Source: Escherichia coli (lineage in GTDB: Bacteria > Pseudomonadota > Gammaproteobacteria > Enterobacterales > Enterobacteriaceae). Taken from it: a DNA stretch of 64,000 nucleotides. This document shows, one piece after another, positions 15,887 to 30,259 of this stretch (position 1 is its first letter; the number at the start of each line of letters is the position of its first letter). Where the stretch lies: NCBI RefSeq assembly GCF_030013205.1, contig NZ_CP122648.1; one strand, 5' to 3'. Position numbers and translations under genes: made by a program. The notes under the pieces were generated by a model that had not been told where the DNA came from, did no database searches, and was given only the letters and a program-made list of their open reading frames with translations.

Positions 15887-17320
15887 CTAATTGTTCTGGT
15901 AAATATCTTTATACAAACGGCTTTCAAAACGTACCAACGGAATACGGCGATTACGCTGATCCGCCGGTTCTACTGCATAGCCAGAAAGATATTGCACAAA
16001 CGCCATTCGTTGCCCGCTCGCTGTGGTAATGAATCCCGCCAGGTTATATACCCCCTGCAACGAACCGGTTTTCGCTGAGACTTTTCCATCCACGCCCGCC
16101 TGATGCAGACCTGCACGGTACTGCAAAGAGCCGTCATAGCCCGCCAGCGGCAGCATGGAGATAAAGTTAAGTTCATTGTCGTGTTGGGCAATGTATTGCA
16201 GCACCTGCATCATGGTGGCGGGGGCAATCAGGTTATGCCGCGAAAGCCCTGAACCATCGGCAATAATGGTGTTTCCAATATCGACACCGGCTTGCTGGCG
16301 CAGGATCTGACGCACGGCGTCCGACCCGGCCCGCCATGTTCCGGGCACATTGAAGCGCGCATGGCCTATCATGCGGAAAACCGTATCGGCGATCATGTTG
16401 TCTGACTTTTTCAGCATAATCTTAAGCAGATCGTGCAGCGGGGCCGACTGTTTACTGGCAACTACCGTTCCAGGTTCGTTAACCTGAGTCTGGCGCAGCA
16501 GTGTTCCGCTCCAGGTGATACCCGCCTGTTTTAACTCATCTTTCAGAATTGCCCCGGCATAGCTGGCTCCATCCTGCACGGCAAAAGCCAACGGGAGCGG
16601 CTCAGAACGTTGCGGCAGGCATCCCGTCAGCGTAAAGCGGTTCAGCTCGCCTGGTACGACATCCAGTTCGCAGTATTGCGCTTCGGCAGAACCACGGGGG
16701 AGGGTGCGTACCTGGCTGAACATCGTAACGGGGTAATAAGATGCCACGCGTATAAAAGCCATATCACCAGGTTTTGGGGCACTGTAGAGCGAGACGGAGA
16801 AACAGTTGCGGTCAACTATGGCGGCGGCAGGCGGAGCGCTAAAGCATTGTGTCATGTCATTCCATGGCCAGCCGGGGGCTTTATCGTGGCTGGCGAAAAT
16901 GGAGGTATCTATAAACACATTGCCATCGATTTGGTTGACGCCAGATTTTTTCAAAGTCGCGACCATATTGCGAATATCCTGACGTCTTAACGTCGGATCG
17001 GCACCAAATCGCGCCACTAAGTCACCCTTAAGTACGCCGTTTTCCACATTGCCTTTGGTTTCAAGCGTCGTGGTAAAACGAAAATCGGGGCCGAGTTGAA
17101 TCAACGCCGCCAGTGCAGTAATCACTTTCTGCGTACTGGCGGGCAGCGCCATCTGCTGACTGTGGTAATCAATAGCGGGGGCCGACGCGCCGACTTTTTG
17201 CACCATCAGGGCAAGGTTGGCACCAGCGGGGAGTTGAGTAATGTACTCATCAACATTTGCGGCCTGAACACTGAACGCTATACAGCTGGTCAATCCGATG
17301 ATAAATCTGGAAAATCGCAT
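15887..17320 (-). CDS. dacB: D-alanyl-D-alanine carboxypeptidase/endopeptidase PBP4
   Basis: 477 aa with signal peptide and STQK active-site motif. Confidence 0.95.
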   Translation of the reverse strand: MRFSRFIIGLTSCIAFSVQAANVDEYITQLPAGANLALMVQKVGASAPAIDYHSQQMALPASTQKVITALAALIQLGPDFRFTTTLETKGNVENGVLKGDLVARFGADPTLRRQDIRNMVATLKKSGVNQIDGNVFIDTSIFASHDKAPGWPWNDMTQCFSAPPAAAIVDRNCFSVSLYSAPKPGDMAFIRVASYYPVTMFSQVRTLPRGSAEAQYCELDVVPGELNRFTLTGCLPQRSEPLPLAFAVQDGASYAGAILKDELKQAGITWSGTLLRQTQVNEPGTVVASKQSAPLHDLLKIMLKKSDNMIADTVFRMIGHARFNVPGTWRAGSDAVRQILRQQAGVDIGNTIIADGSGLSRHNLIAPATMMQVLQYIAQHDNELNFISMLPLAGYDGSLQYRAGLHQAGVDGKVSAKTGSLQGVYNLAGFITTASGQRMAFVQYLSGYAVEPADQRNRRIPLVRFESRLYKDIYQNN

Positions 17321-17567
17321 AATCTCGCGCTAACAACCTGGAATCGAGCCGTCATACTACGGCGCAACGCCCTATAAAGTAAACGATGACCCTTCGGGAA
17401 CTTCAGGGTAAAATGACTATCAAAATGTGAATTGTAGCTGACCTGGGACTTGTACCCGGGTCGGTATTTTTTTGCTTCTGGTCCCGGTGAGGAGTTATGC
17501 CGGGCAGGCCGAACAGCCGGGGTGGGTGAAGACTTGCCCCATCAGGAATATTCAAGAGGTATAACAA

Positions 17568-18044
<477 letters not shown>

Positions 18045-18087
18045 GAATTACCCAATACTCAAGATGTTGATGTATTGTAAAGAAAGG

Positions 18088-18114
18088 AAAAAGGCCGCTA
18101 TGCGGCCTTTTATC
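18088..18114. terminator. Bidirectional terminator between greA and yhbY
   Basis: AAAAAGGCCGC..GCGGCCTTTT hairpin flanked by A-run and T-run. Confidence 0.75.
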
Positions 18115-18199
18115 AACGAACAGAGCGTGGCATTTTGCTCTCCTGCCTGCGGAAAACCCCTCGTTTTACACAGCAAATGTGTGTAACTTTAGGATAATC

Positions 18200-18493
18200 T
18201 TAGCGTGGCAGCGAGATTTTACGTTCTTTAGTTGGGCGATAAAGCACCAGCGTTTTACCGATGACCTGTACATTACAGGCGCCGGTTTCGCGCACGATAG
18301 CTTCCACGATCAAGGTTTTAGTTTCGCGATCTTCGGTGGCGATTTTCACCTTGATGAGTTCATGGTGCTCTAACGCTTGTTCAATCTCGGCCAGCACCCC
18401 TTCGGTCAAACCATTACTGCCAAGCAGAACAACTGGCTTGAGCGGATGTGCCAGACCTTTCAGGTGCTGTTTTTGTTTAGTACTCAGATTCAT
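18200..18493 (-). CDS. yhbY: RNA-binding protein YhbY (CRS1/YhbY domain)
   Basis: 97 aa ORF, conserved neighbour of rlmE. Confidence 0.9.
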   Translation of the reverse strand: MNLSTKQKQHLKGLAHPLKPVVLLGSNGLTEGVLAEIEQALEHHELIKVKIATEDRETKTLIVEAIVRETGACNVQVIGKTLVLYRPTKERKISLPR

Positions 18494-18618
18494 CGTATTT
18501 TTTGCTTACGTTGGGATTGAAAACGGGTCATTCTACCGCCATCTCCCATATATCGCCAAATAGGCGCGTAAAAATTTACGCAATTGGTTACGATGAGTTA
18601 TCCCCATGGGAAAGTTAA

Positions 18619-19248
18619 ATGACAGGTAAGAAGCGTTCTGCCAGCTCCAGCCGCTGGCTTCAGGAACACTTTAGCGATAAATATGTTCAACAGGCACAGA
18701 AAAAGGGGTTACGTTCCCGTGCCTGGTTTAAACTTGATGAAATACAGCAAAGTGACAAACTCTTTAAACCGGGAATGACGGTTGTCGACCTTGGTGCTGC
18801 GCCGGGTGGTTGGTCACAATATGTGGTCACCCAAATTGGCGGCAAAGGCCGTATCATCGCTTGCGATCTTTTACCTATGGATCCTATCGTTGGTGTGGAC
18901 TTTCTTCAGGGCGATTTTCGTGATGAACTGGTGATGAAAGCACTGCTGGAGCGCGTTGGCGACAGCAAAGTCCAGGTTGTCATGTCCGATATGGCACCAA
19001 ACATGAGCGGAACACCGGCGGTGGATATCCCCCGTGCCATGTATCTGGTGGAACTGGCGCTAGAAATGTGTCGTGATGTATTAGCGCCAGGTGGCAGTTT
19101 TGTAGTGAAGGTGTTCCAGGGCGAAGGTTTCGATGAGTATCTAAGGGAAATTCGCTCCCTGTTTACGAAGGTCAAAGTTCGTAAGCCGGACTCTTCTCGT
19201 GCACGTTCGCGGGAAGTGTATATTGTAGCGACCGGGCGTAAACCCTAA
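18619..19248 (+). CDS. rlmE: 23S rRNA U2552 2'-O-methyltransferase
   Basis: 209 aa; SAM-binding motif [11 protein letters not shown]. Confidence 0.95.
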
Positions 19249-19347
19249 CCGGGAGATTTCAGACGAAAGTTTGAAAGATGCTGGATATAGAGTATCCTGA
19301 CGCTGTTTTTAACACAGTTGTAATAAGAGGTTAATCCCTTGAGTGAC

Positions 19348-21282
19348 ATGGCGAAAAACCTAATACTCTGGCTGGTCATTGCCGTTGTGCTGATGTCAGT
19401 ATTCCAGAGCTTTGGGCCCAGCGAGTCTAATGGCCGTAAGGTGGATTACTCTACCTTCCTACAAGAGGTCAATAACGACCAGGTTCGTGAAGCGCGTATC
19501 AACGGACGTGAAATCAACGTTACCAAGAAAGATAGTAACCGTTATACCACTTACATTCCGGTTCAGGATCCGAAATTACTGGATAACCTGTTGACCAAGA
19601 ACGTCAAGGTTGTCGGTGAACCGCCTGAAGAACCAAGCCTGCTGGCTTCTATCTTCATCTCCTGGTTCCCGATGCTGTTGCTGATTGGTGTCTGGATCTT
19701 CTTCATGCGTCAAATGCAGGGCGGCGGTGGCAAAGGTGCCATGTCGTTTGGTAAGAGCAAAGCGCGCATGCTGACGGAAGATCAGATCAAAACGACCTTT
19801 GCTGACGTTGCGGGCTGCGACGAAGCAAAAGAAGAAGTTGCTGAACTGGTTGAGTATCTGCGCGAGCCGAGCCGCTTCCAGAAACTCGGCGGTAAGATCC
19901 CGAAAGGCGTCCTGATGGTCGGTCCTCCGGGTACCGGTAAAACGCTGCTGGCGAAAGCGATTGCAGGCGAAGCGAAAGTTCCGTTCTTTACTATCTCCGG
20001 TTCTGACTTCGTCGAAATGTTCGTCGGTGTGGGTGCATCCCGTGTTCGTGACATGTTCGAACAGGCGAAGAAAGCGGCACCGTGTATCATCTTTATCGAT
20101 GAAATCGACGCCGTAGGCCGCCAGCGTGGCGCAGGCCTGGGCGGTGGTCACGATGAACGTGAACAGACTCTGAACCAGATGCTGGTTGAGATGGATGGCT
20201 TCGAAGGTAACGAAGGTATCATCGTTATCGCCGCGACTAACCGTCCGGACGTTCTCGACCCGGCGCTGCTGCGTCCTGGCCGTTTCGACCGTCAGGTTGT
20301 GGTTGGTTTGCCAGATGTTCGCGGTCGTGAGCAGATCCTGAAAGTTCACATGCGTCGCGTACCATTGGCACCCGATATCGACGCGGCAATCATTGCCCGT
20401 GGTACTCCTGGTTTCTCCGGTGCTGACCTGGCGAACCTGGTGAACGAAGCGGCACTGTTCGCTGCTCGTGGCAACAAACGCGTTGTGTCGATGGTTGAAT
20501 TCGAGAAAGCGAAAGACAAAATCATGATGGGTGCGGAACGTCGCTCCATGGTGATGACGGAAGCGCAGAAAGAATCGACGGCTTACCACGAAGCGGGTCA
20601 CGCGATTATCGGTCGCCTGGTGCCGGAACACGATCCGGTGCACAAAGTGACGATTATCCCACGCGGTCGTGCGCTGGGTGTGACTTTCTTCTTGCCTGAG
20701 GGCGACGCAATCAGCGCCAGCCGTCAGAAACTGGAAAGCCAGATTTCTACGCTGTACGGTGGTCGTCTGGCAGAAGAGATCATCTACGGGCCGGAACATG
20801 TTTCTACCGGTGCGTCCAACGATATTAAAGTTGCGACCAACCTGGCACGTAACATGGTGACTCAGTGGGGCTTCTCTGAGAAATTGGGTCCACTGCTGTA
20901 CGCGGAAGAAGAAGGTGAAGTGTTCCTCGGCCGTAGCGTAGCGAAAGCGAAACATATGTCTGATGAAACTGCACGTATCATCGACCAGGAAGTGAAAGCA
21001 CTGATTGAGCGTAACTATAATCGTGCGCGTCAGCTTCTGACCGACAATATGGATATTCTGCATGCGATGAAAGATGCTCTCATGAAATATGAGACTATCG
21101 ACGCACCGCAGATTGATGACCTGATGGCACGTCGCGATGTACGTCCGCCAGCGGGCTGGGAAGAACCAGGCGCTTCTAACAATTCTGGCGACAATGGTAG
21201 TCCAAAGGCTCCACGTCCGGTTGATGAACCGCGTACGCCGAACCCGGGTAACACCATGTCAGAGCAGTTAGGCGACAAGTAA
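19348..21282 (+). CDS. ftsH: ATP-dependent zinc metalloprotease FtsH
   Basis: ORF 19339..21282 trimmed to MAKNLILW (644 aa); Walker [14 protein letters not shown] zinc motif. Confidence 0.95.
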
Positions 21283-21313
21283 GTTCCCGCATCAGATGAC
21301 TGTATTTGTACCG

Positions 21314-21345
21314 AAAACCCCGGGGCGTGCTCCGGGGTTTTTTCT
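21314..21345 (+). terminator. Rho-independent terminator after ftsH
   Basis: AAAACCCCGGGG..CCGGGGTTTTTT hairpin plus T-run. Confidence 0.75.
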
Positions 21346-21371
21346 TATCAATTCATACCAGGGATAACACC

Positions 21372-22220
21372 ATGAAACTCTTTGCCCAGGGCACTTCACT
21401 GGACCTTAGCCATCCTCACGTAATGGGGATCCTCAACGTCACGCCTGATTCCTTTTCGGATGGCGGCACGCATAACTCGCTGATAGATGCGGTGAAACAT
21501 GCGAATCTGATGATCAACGCTGGCGCGACGATCATTGACGTTGGTGGCGAGTCCACGCGCCCAGGAGCGGCGGAAGTTAGCGTTGAAGAAGAGTTGCAAC
21601 GTGTTATTCCTGTGGTTGAGGCAATTGCTCAACGCTTCGAAGTCTGGATCTCGGTCGATACATCCAAACCAGAAGTCATCCGTGAGTCAGCGAAAGTTGG
21701 CGCTCACATTATTAACGATATCCGCTCCCTTTCCGAACCAGGGGCTCTGGAGGCAGCTGCAGAAACCGGTTTACCGGTTTGTCTGATGCATATGCAGGGA
21801 AATCCAAAGACCATGCAGGAAGCCCCGAAGTATGACGATGTCTTTGCAGAAGTGAATCGCTATTTTATTGAGCAAATAGCACGTTGCGAGCAGGCGGGTA
21901 TCGCAAAAGAGAAATTGTTGCTCGACCCCGGATTCGGTTTCGGTAAAAATCTCTCCCATAACTATTCATTACTGGCGCGCCTGGCTGAATTTCACCATTT
22001 CAACCTGCCGCTGTTGGTGGGTATGTCACGAAAATCGATGATTGGGCAGCTGCTGAACGTGGGGCCGTCCGAGCGTCTGAGCGGTAGTCTGGCTTGTGCG
22101 GTCATTGCCGCTATGCAAGGCGCGCATATCATTCGTGTTCATGACGTCAAAGAAACCGTAGAAGCGATGCGGGTGGTGGAAGCCACTCTGTCTGCAAAGG
22201 AAAACAAACGCTATGAGTAA
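21372..22220 (+). CDS. folP: Dihydropteroate synthase
   Basis: ORF 21306..22220 trimmed to [10 protein letters not shown] (282 aa). Confidence 0.95.
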
Positions 22221-23550
22221 TCGTAAATATTTCGGTACCGATGGGATTCGTGGTCGTGTAGGGGATGCGCCGATCACCCCTGATTTTGTGCTTAAGCTGG
22301 GTTGGGCCGCGGGTAAAGTGCTGGCGCGCCACGGCTCCCGTAAGATCATTATTGGTAAAGATACGCGTATTTCTGGCTATATGCTGGAGTCAGCACTGGA
22401 AGCGGGTCTGGCGGCTGCCGGTCTTTCCGCGCTCTTCACTGGCCCGATGCCAACACCGGCCGTGGCTTATCTGACGCGGACTTTCCGCGCAGAGGCTGGG
22501 ATTGTGATATCTGCATCGCATAACCCGTTCTACGATAATGGCATTAAATTTTTCTCTATCGACGGCACCAAACTGCCGGATGCAGTTGAAGAGGCCATCG
22601 AAGCGGAAATGGAAAAAGAGATCAGCTGCGTTGATTCGGCAGAACTGGGTAAAGCCAGCCGTATCGTTGATGCTGCGGGTCGCTATATCGAGTTTTGCAA
22701 AGCCACGTTCCCGAACGAACTTAGCCTCAGTGAACTGAAGATTGTGGTGGATTGTGCAAACGGTGCGACTTATCACATCGCGCCGAACGTGCTGCGTGAA
22801 CTGGGGGCGAACGTTATCGCTATCGGTTGTGAGCCGAACGGTGTAAACATCAATGCCGAAGTGGGGGCTACCGACGTTCGCGCTCTCCAGGCTCGTGTGC
22901 TGGCTGAAAAAGCGGATCTCGGTATTGCCTTCGACGGCGACGGCGATCGCGTGATTATGGTTGACCATGAAGGCAATAAAGTCGATGGCGATCAGATCAT
23001 GTATATCATCGCGCGTGAAGGTCTTCGTCAGGGCCAGCTGCGTGGTGGCGCTGTGGGTACATTGATGAGCAACATGGGGCTTGAACTGGCGCTGAAACAG
23101 TTAGGAATTCCATTTGCGCGTGCGAAAGTGGGTGACCGCTACGTACTGGAAAAAATGCAGGAGAAAGGCTGGCGTATCGGTGCAGAGAATTCCGGTCATG
23201 TGATCCTGCTGGATAAAACCACTACCGGTGACGGCATCGTTGCTGGCTTGCAGGTGCTGGCGGCGATGGCGCGTAACCATATGAGCCTGCACGATCTTTG
23301 CAGCGGCATGAAAATGTTCCCGCAGATTCTTGTTAACGTGCGTTACACCGCAGGTAGCGGCGATCCGCTGGAGCATGAATCAGTCAAAGCTGTGACCGCA
23401 GAAGTTGAAGCGGCGCTGGGTAGCCGTGGACGTGTGCTGTTGCGTAAATCCGGCACCGAACCGTTAATTCGCGTGATGGTGGAAGGTGAAGACGAAGCGC
23501 AGGTGACTGAATTTGCACACCGCATCGCTGATGCAGTAAAAGCCGTTTAA
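22213..23550 (+). CDS. glmM: Phosphoglucosamine mutase
   Basis: 445 aa; active-site SASHNP; 8-bp overlap with folP. Confidence 0.95.
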   Translation: MSNRKYFGTDGIRGRVGDAPITPDFVLKLGWAAGKVLARHGSRKIIIGKDTRISGYMLESALEAGLAAAGLSALFTGPMPTPAVAYLTRTFRAEAGIVISASHNPFYDNGIKFFSIDGTKLPDAVEEAIEAEMEKEISCVDSAELGKASRIVDAAGRYIEFCKATFPNELSLSELKIVVDCANGATYHIAPNVLRELGANVIAIGCEPNGVNINAEVGATDVRALQARVLAEKADLGIAFDGDGDRVIMVDHEGNKVDGDQIMYIIAREGLRQGQLRGGAVGTLMSNMGLELALKQLGIPFARAKVGDRYVLEKMQEKGWRIGAENSGHVILLDKTTTGDGIVAGLQVLAAMARNHMSLHDLCSGMKMFPQILVNVRYTAGSGDPLEHESVKAVTAEVEAALGSRGRVLLRKSGTEPLIRVMVEGEDEAQVTEFAHRIADAVKAV

Positions 23551-23777
23551 AGCGTTATATAGCTGGCTAAAAAGGCGGCGATTGTCGCCTTTTTTCTCAG
23601 CGAACACATCGGTTTTGCTGTTTTTTTCCGCAGTTGATACAATGCGATAAAATTGCCCTTGCGAAGGTCATTCGCTTTGGTTAGTATTCACACCCGCTTC
23701 AGTGGGAAAGATTAAAAATTCCCGCTTTATTGGTTGAAGCATTGGTACGCGGCAACTCCGCAAGGAACAGGTTGATT

Positions 23778-24110
23778 ATGTACGAAGCTCTTTTAGTAGT
23801 TTTCCTTATTGTGGCAATTGGCCTTGTTGGTCTGATCATGCTGCAGCAAGGTAAAGGCGCTGATATGGGAGCCTCCTTCGGAGCAGGCGCTTCCGCTACG
23901 CTGTTTGGTTCAAGTGGTTCTGGTAACTTCATGACCCGCATGACGGCGCTGCTGGCAACGTTATTCTTCATCATCAGTCTGGTGCTGGGTAACATCAATA
24001 GCAATAAAACCAATAAAGGTAGCGAATGGGAAAACCTGAGTGCGCCGGCGAAAACCGAACAAACTCAGCCAGCTGCTCCGGCTAAGCCGACCAGCGATAT
24101 CCCGAACTAA
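23778..24110 (+). CDS. secG: Protein translocase subunit SecG
   Basis: ORF 23730..24110 trimmed to MYEALLVVFL (110 aa). Confidence 0.9.
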   Translation: MYEALLVVFLIVAIGLVGLIMLQQGKGADMGASFGAGASATLFGSSGSGNFMTRMTALLATLFFIISLVLGNINSNKTNKGSEWENLSAPAKTEQTQPAAPAKPTSDIPN

Positions 24111-24124
24111 AAAGTAGTATCCGT

Positions 24125-24211
24125 GCCGAGGTGGTGGAATTGGTAGACACGCTACCTTGAGGTGGTAGTGCCCAATAGGGCTTACGGGTTCAAGTCCCGT
24201 CCTCGGTACCA
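24125..24211 (+). tRNA. leuU: tRNA-Leu (GAG anticodon), 87 nt
   Basis: GCCGAGGTGGTGGAATTGGTAGACACGCTACCTTGAGGTGGTAG...CCTCGGTACCA with long variable arm and encoded CCA; 14 bp after secG. Confidence 0.95.
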
Positions 24212-24223
24212 AATTCCAGAAAA

Positions 24224-24248
24224 GAGACGCTGAAAAGCGTCTTTTTTC
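24224..24248 (+). terminator. Rho-independent terminator after leuU
   Basis: AGACGCT-GAAA-AGCGTCT hairpin followed by TTTTTT. Confidence 0.8.
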
Positions 24249-24667
24249 GTTTTGGTCCTGGTCTGAGGAATGGTTGTCAGGTATCTGTATCTCGTCCAGT
24301 TGCTTTACTCGTAGCTGGTACTTTGAAACGATGGTATCGGTACGCCTTAGTTATAAACTTTTCCCTTCTGCTGACATAATTGGCACTTTATTGTGTCAAC
24401 TCCAGTTCCGGTACGAATACGGATATGTTTACTTCTCGATAAACCATCCTGCTCCTGTCAGTATAACTACTGATGGCTACGTTCTGCGTAATGTTTAGAG
24501 ACGCATTGATAATGTTATTTAATTACTGAGAACAATGGCCGCATCATTTAAAAAGAAAAAACTAACAGTGTTTCGGTCTGATATGGATCAGAGTTGAAAA
24601 ACATGTCTGATATAAAATTGAACATTGTTGATAATTGTTTATATTGGTTGTGAACTTGGATTTCTGG

Positions 24668-26293
24668 ATGACAGTATTCAACAAATTTGTTAGAAGTTTT
24701 AAATCTCATTGGTTGTTGTATCTTTGTGTTATTGTTTTTGGTATTACGAACTTAGTCGCCTCTTCCGGAGCGCATATGGTTCAGCGATTGCTGTTCTTCG
24801 TTCTGACCATCCTGGTTGTTAAACGTATATCATCCCTTTCGCTTCGCCTGCTTGTTGCCGCACCATTTGTGTTACTGACAGCGGCAGACATGAGTATTAG
24901 CCTCTATTCATGGTGTACCTTTGGTACAACTTTCAATGATGGATTTGCGATTAGCGTGCTGCAGAGTGATCCGGATGAAGTTGTCAAAATGCTGGGGATG
25001 TATATCCCTTATCTATGTGCTTTTGCCTTTTTATCCCTTCTTTTTTTTGCAGTAATAATAAAATATGATGTTTCCTTGCCGACGAAAAAAGTGACAGGAA
25101 TATTATTGCTGATTGTCATTTCGGGCAGTTTATTTTCCGCTTGTCAATTTGCTTATAAAGATGCAAAAAATAAAAAAGCGTTCAGTCCATATATACTAGC
25201 GTCGCGATTTGCTACCTATACACCGTTTTTCAATCTCAATTATTTTGCTTTAGCAGCGAAAGAGCATCAAAGATTACTCTCAATTGCAAACACGGTGCCG
25301 TATTTTCAATTATCAGTCAGGGATACAGGTATTGATACCTACGTGTTGATTGTGGGGGAGTCTGTACGTGTCGACAATATGTCTTTGTATGGATATACAC
25401 GCTCTACGACACCGCAAGTCGAAGCACAAAGAAAACAGATCAAACTGTTTAATCAAGCAATAAGCGGTGCACCTTACACTGCGCTGTCGGTTCCCCTTTC
25501 TTTAACTGCTGATTCTGTTTTGAGTCATGACATTCATAATTACCCGGACAACATTATTAATATGGCTAATCAAGCAGGATTTCAGACTTTCTGGCTAAGC
25601 TCGCAATCCGCTTTTCGGCAGAATGGTACAGCAGTTACCAGTATCGCCATGCGCGCCATGGAAACAGTCTATGTCAGAGGATTTGATGAATTGTTGTTGC
25701 CGCATTTATCGCAAGCGTTAAAGCAAAAGACGCAGCAAAAGAAACTGATTGTTCTTCATTTAAATGGAAGCCATGAACCGGCTTGTAGCGCCTATCCGCA
25801 ATCCAGCGCCGTGTTTCAACCGCAGGACGATCAGGATGCCTGCTATGACAACTCCATTCATTACACAGATAGTTTGCTAGGTCAGATTTTTGAATTATTA
25901 AAAGATCGCCGCGCCTCGGTCATGTATTTTGCCGACCACGGCCTGGAACGTGACCCTACGAAGAAGAACGTCTATTTTCATGGAGGCAGGGAGGCTAGCC
26001 AGCAGGCATATCATGTCCCGATGTTTATCTGGTATAGCCCCGTTCTTGGGGATGGCGTGGATCGCACAACGGAAAACAACATCTTTTCCACAGCTTACAA
26101 TAATTACCTGATTAATGCGTGGATGGGGGTAACAAAGCCGGAACAACCGAAAACGCTGGAGGAAGTGATTGCACACTATAAAGGAGACTCACGGGTTGTG
26201 GATGCAAACCATGATGTTTTCGATTATGTGATGCTCAGAAAGGAGTTTACAGAGGATAAGCAAGGTAACCCCACCCCTGAAGGGCAGGGTTGA
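24668..26293 (+). CDS. yhbX: Sulfatase-family putative phosphoethanolamine transferase
   Basis: ORF 24635..26293 trimmed to MTVFNKF (541 aa); N-terminal TM helices plus sulfatase domain; visibly AT-rich. Confidence 0.8.
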   Translation: MTVFNKFVRSFKSHWLLYLCVIVFGITNLVASSGAHMVQRLLFFVLTILVVKRISSLSLRLLVAAPFVLLTAADMSISLYSWCTFGTTFNDGFAISVLQSDPDEVVKMLGMYIPYLCAFAFLSLLFFAVIIKYDVSLPTKKVTGILLLIVISGSLFSACQFAYKDAKNKKAFSPYILASRFATYTPFFNLNYFALAAKEHQRLLSIANTVPYFQLSVRDTGIDTYVLIVGESVRVDNMSLYGYTRSTTPQVEAQRKQIKLFNQAISGAPYTALSVPLSLTADSVLSHDIHNYPDNIINMANQAGFQTFWLSSQSAFRQNGTAVTSIAMRAMETVYVRGFDELLLPHLSQALKQKTQQKKLIVLHLNGSHEPACSAYPQSSAVFQPQDDQDACYDNSIHYTDSLLGQIFELLKDRRASVMYFADHGLERDPTKKNVYFHGGREASQQAYHVPMFIWYSPVLGDGVDRTTENNIFSTAYNNYLINAWMGVTKPEQPKTLEEVIAHYKGDSRVVDANHDVFDYVMLRKEFTEDKQGNPTPEGQG

Positions 26294-26300
26294 TGTCGAA

Positions 26301-27659
<1,359 letters not shown>

Positions 27660-27695
27660 TTAATTAACTGATGATGAGCCTGGATTTCCGCTCTC

Positions 27696-27732
27696 ACTGA
27701 ATTTTTATGCAAAATAAATGAGTTTTCATTTA
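27696..27732. promoter_or_regulatory. Tandem ARG boxes (ArgR operator) upstream of argG
   Basis: CTGAATTTTTATGCA and AATGAGTTTTCATT resemble the ARG-box consensus TGAATwwwwATTCA. Confidence 0.55.
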
Positions 27733-27868
27733 ATCATCTTTTATCGGAGACAGGAAGAGTTTAGTGTGTTTTTTGTAAAATAATGCGCTTAAGGGAGAGC
27801 AGGAGAAGGCAAAAGTATTCAACAAATGAAAGTGAACTGGATATTCATTCACGTGATTAGCAATAAAC

Positions 27869-27899
27869 GTTGACAAAATGTGGCATGGATCACTATAAT
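27869..27899 (+). promoter_or_regulatory. Candidate sigma70 promoter of the metY-rimP-nusA-infB operon
   Basis: TTGACA (27869..27874) and TATAAT (27894..27899) about 95 bp upstream of metY. Confidence 0.55.
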
Positions 27900-27991
27900 G
27901 CCTGCAGATTTTACGTCCCGTCTCGGTACACCAAATCCCAGCAGTATTTGCATTTTTTACCCAAAACGAGTAGAATTTGCCACGTTTCAGG

Positions 27992-28068
<77 letters not shown>

Positions 28069-28182
28069 CTTTAGTCCTTTTTCAAATATACTGTGAAGAC
28101 TTCGGCCTTCGTAGTGGGATTTGAAAAAATCCTTCTGGAAAGTGCTCCAGACCGCAGTTGCGGTTATAGGGTTCAGTTATAT

Positions 28183-28208
28183 AAAGCCCCGATTTATCGG
28201 GGTTTTTT
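28183..28208 (+). terminator. Hairpin terminator/attenuator between metY and rimP
   Basis: AAAGCCCCGATTTATCGGGGTTTTTT. Confidence 0.7.
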
Positions 28209-28267
28209 GTTATCTGACTACAGAATAACTGGGCTTTAGGCCCTTTTTTTATGTCTTGGGGGTGGGC

Positions 28268-28720
28268 TTGTCCACATTAGAGCAAAAATTAACAGAGATG
28301 ATTACTGCGCCAGTTGAGGCCCTGGGTTTTGAACTGGTTGGCATCGAATTTATTCGCGGTCGCACATCCACACTGCGCATCTATATTGATAGTGAAGATG
28401 GCATCAATGTTGATGATTGTGCTGATGTGAGCCACCAGGTAAGTGCTGTGCTGGATGTTGAAGATCCCATCACCGTTGCTTATAACCTGGAAGTCTCCTC
28501 ACCGGGTCTCGATCGCCCACTGTTCACGGCTGAACACTACGCCCGTTTCGTCGGAGAAGAGGTGACTCTGGTTCTCCGCATGGCGGTACAAAACCGTCGT
28601 AAATGGCAGGGCGTTATCAAAGCGGTAGACGGTGAAATGATCACAGTTACCGTCGAAGGTAAAGATGAAGTGTTCGCGCTGAGTAATATCCAGAAGGCGA
28701 ACCTGGTTCCCCACTTTTAA
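28268..28720 (+). CDS. rimP: Ribosome maturation factor RimP
   Basis: 150 aa protein [10 protein letters not shown]...; the start fitting the known length is a TTG codon at 28268 (ORF track begins at an upstream ATG, 28256). Confidence 0.85.
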
Positions 28721-28747
28721 TAGTCTGGATGAGGTGAAAAGCCCGCG

Positions 28748-30235
<1,488 letters not shown>

Positions 30236-30259
30236 TAAACTGTAGCAGGAAGGAACAGC

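Noticed and set aside
18494-18618. Possible sigma32 heat-shock promoter upstream of rlmE-ftsH (TTGAAA ... CCCATATAT)
   Set aside because: Spacing between the candidate -35 and -10 elements is about 20 bp, too long for the sigma32 consensus as read here; left uncalled.
19576-21063. 495 aa minus-strand ORF inside ftsH
   Set aside because: Antisense shadow ORF; translation has no recognisable domain and FtsH on the plus strand explains the region.
24274-24498. 74 aa plus-strand ORF between leuU and yhbX
   Set aside because: Lies in AT-rich non-coding DNA with no recognisable product; more likely promoter or leader sequence for yhbX.
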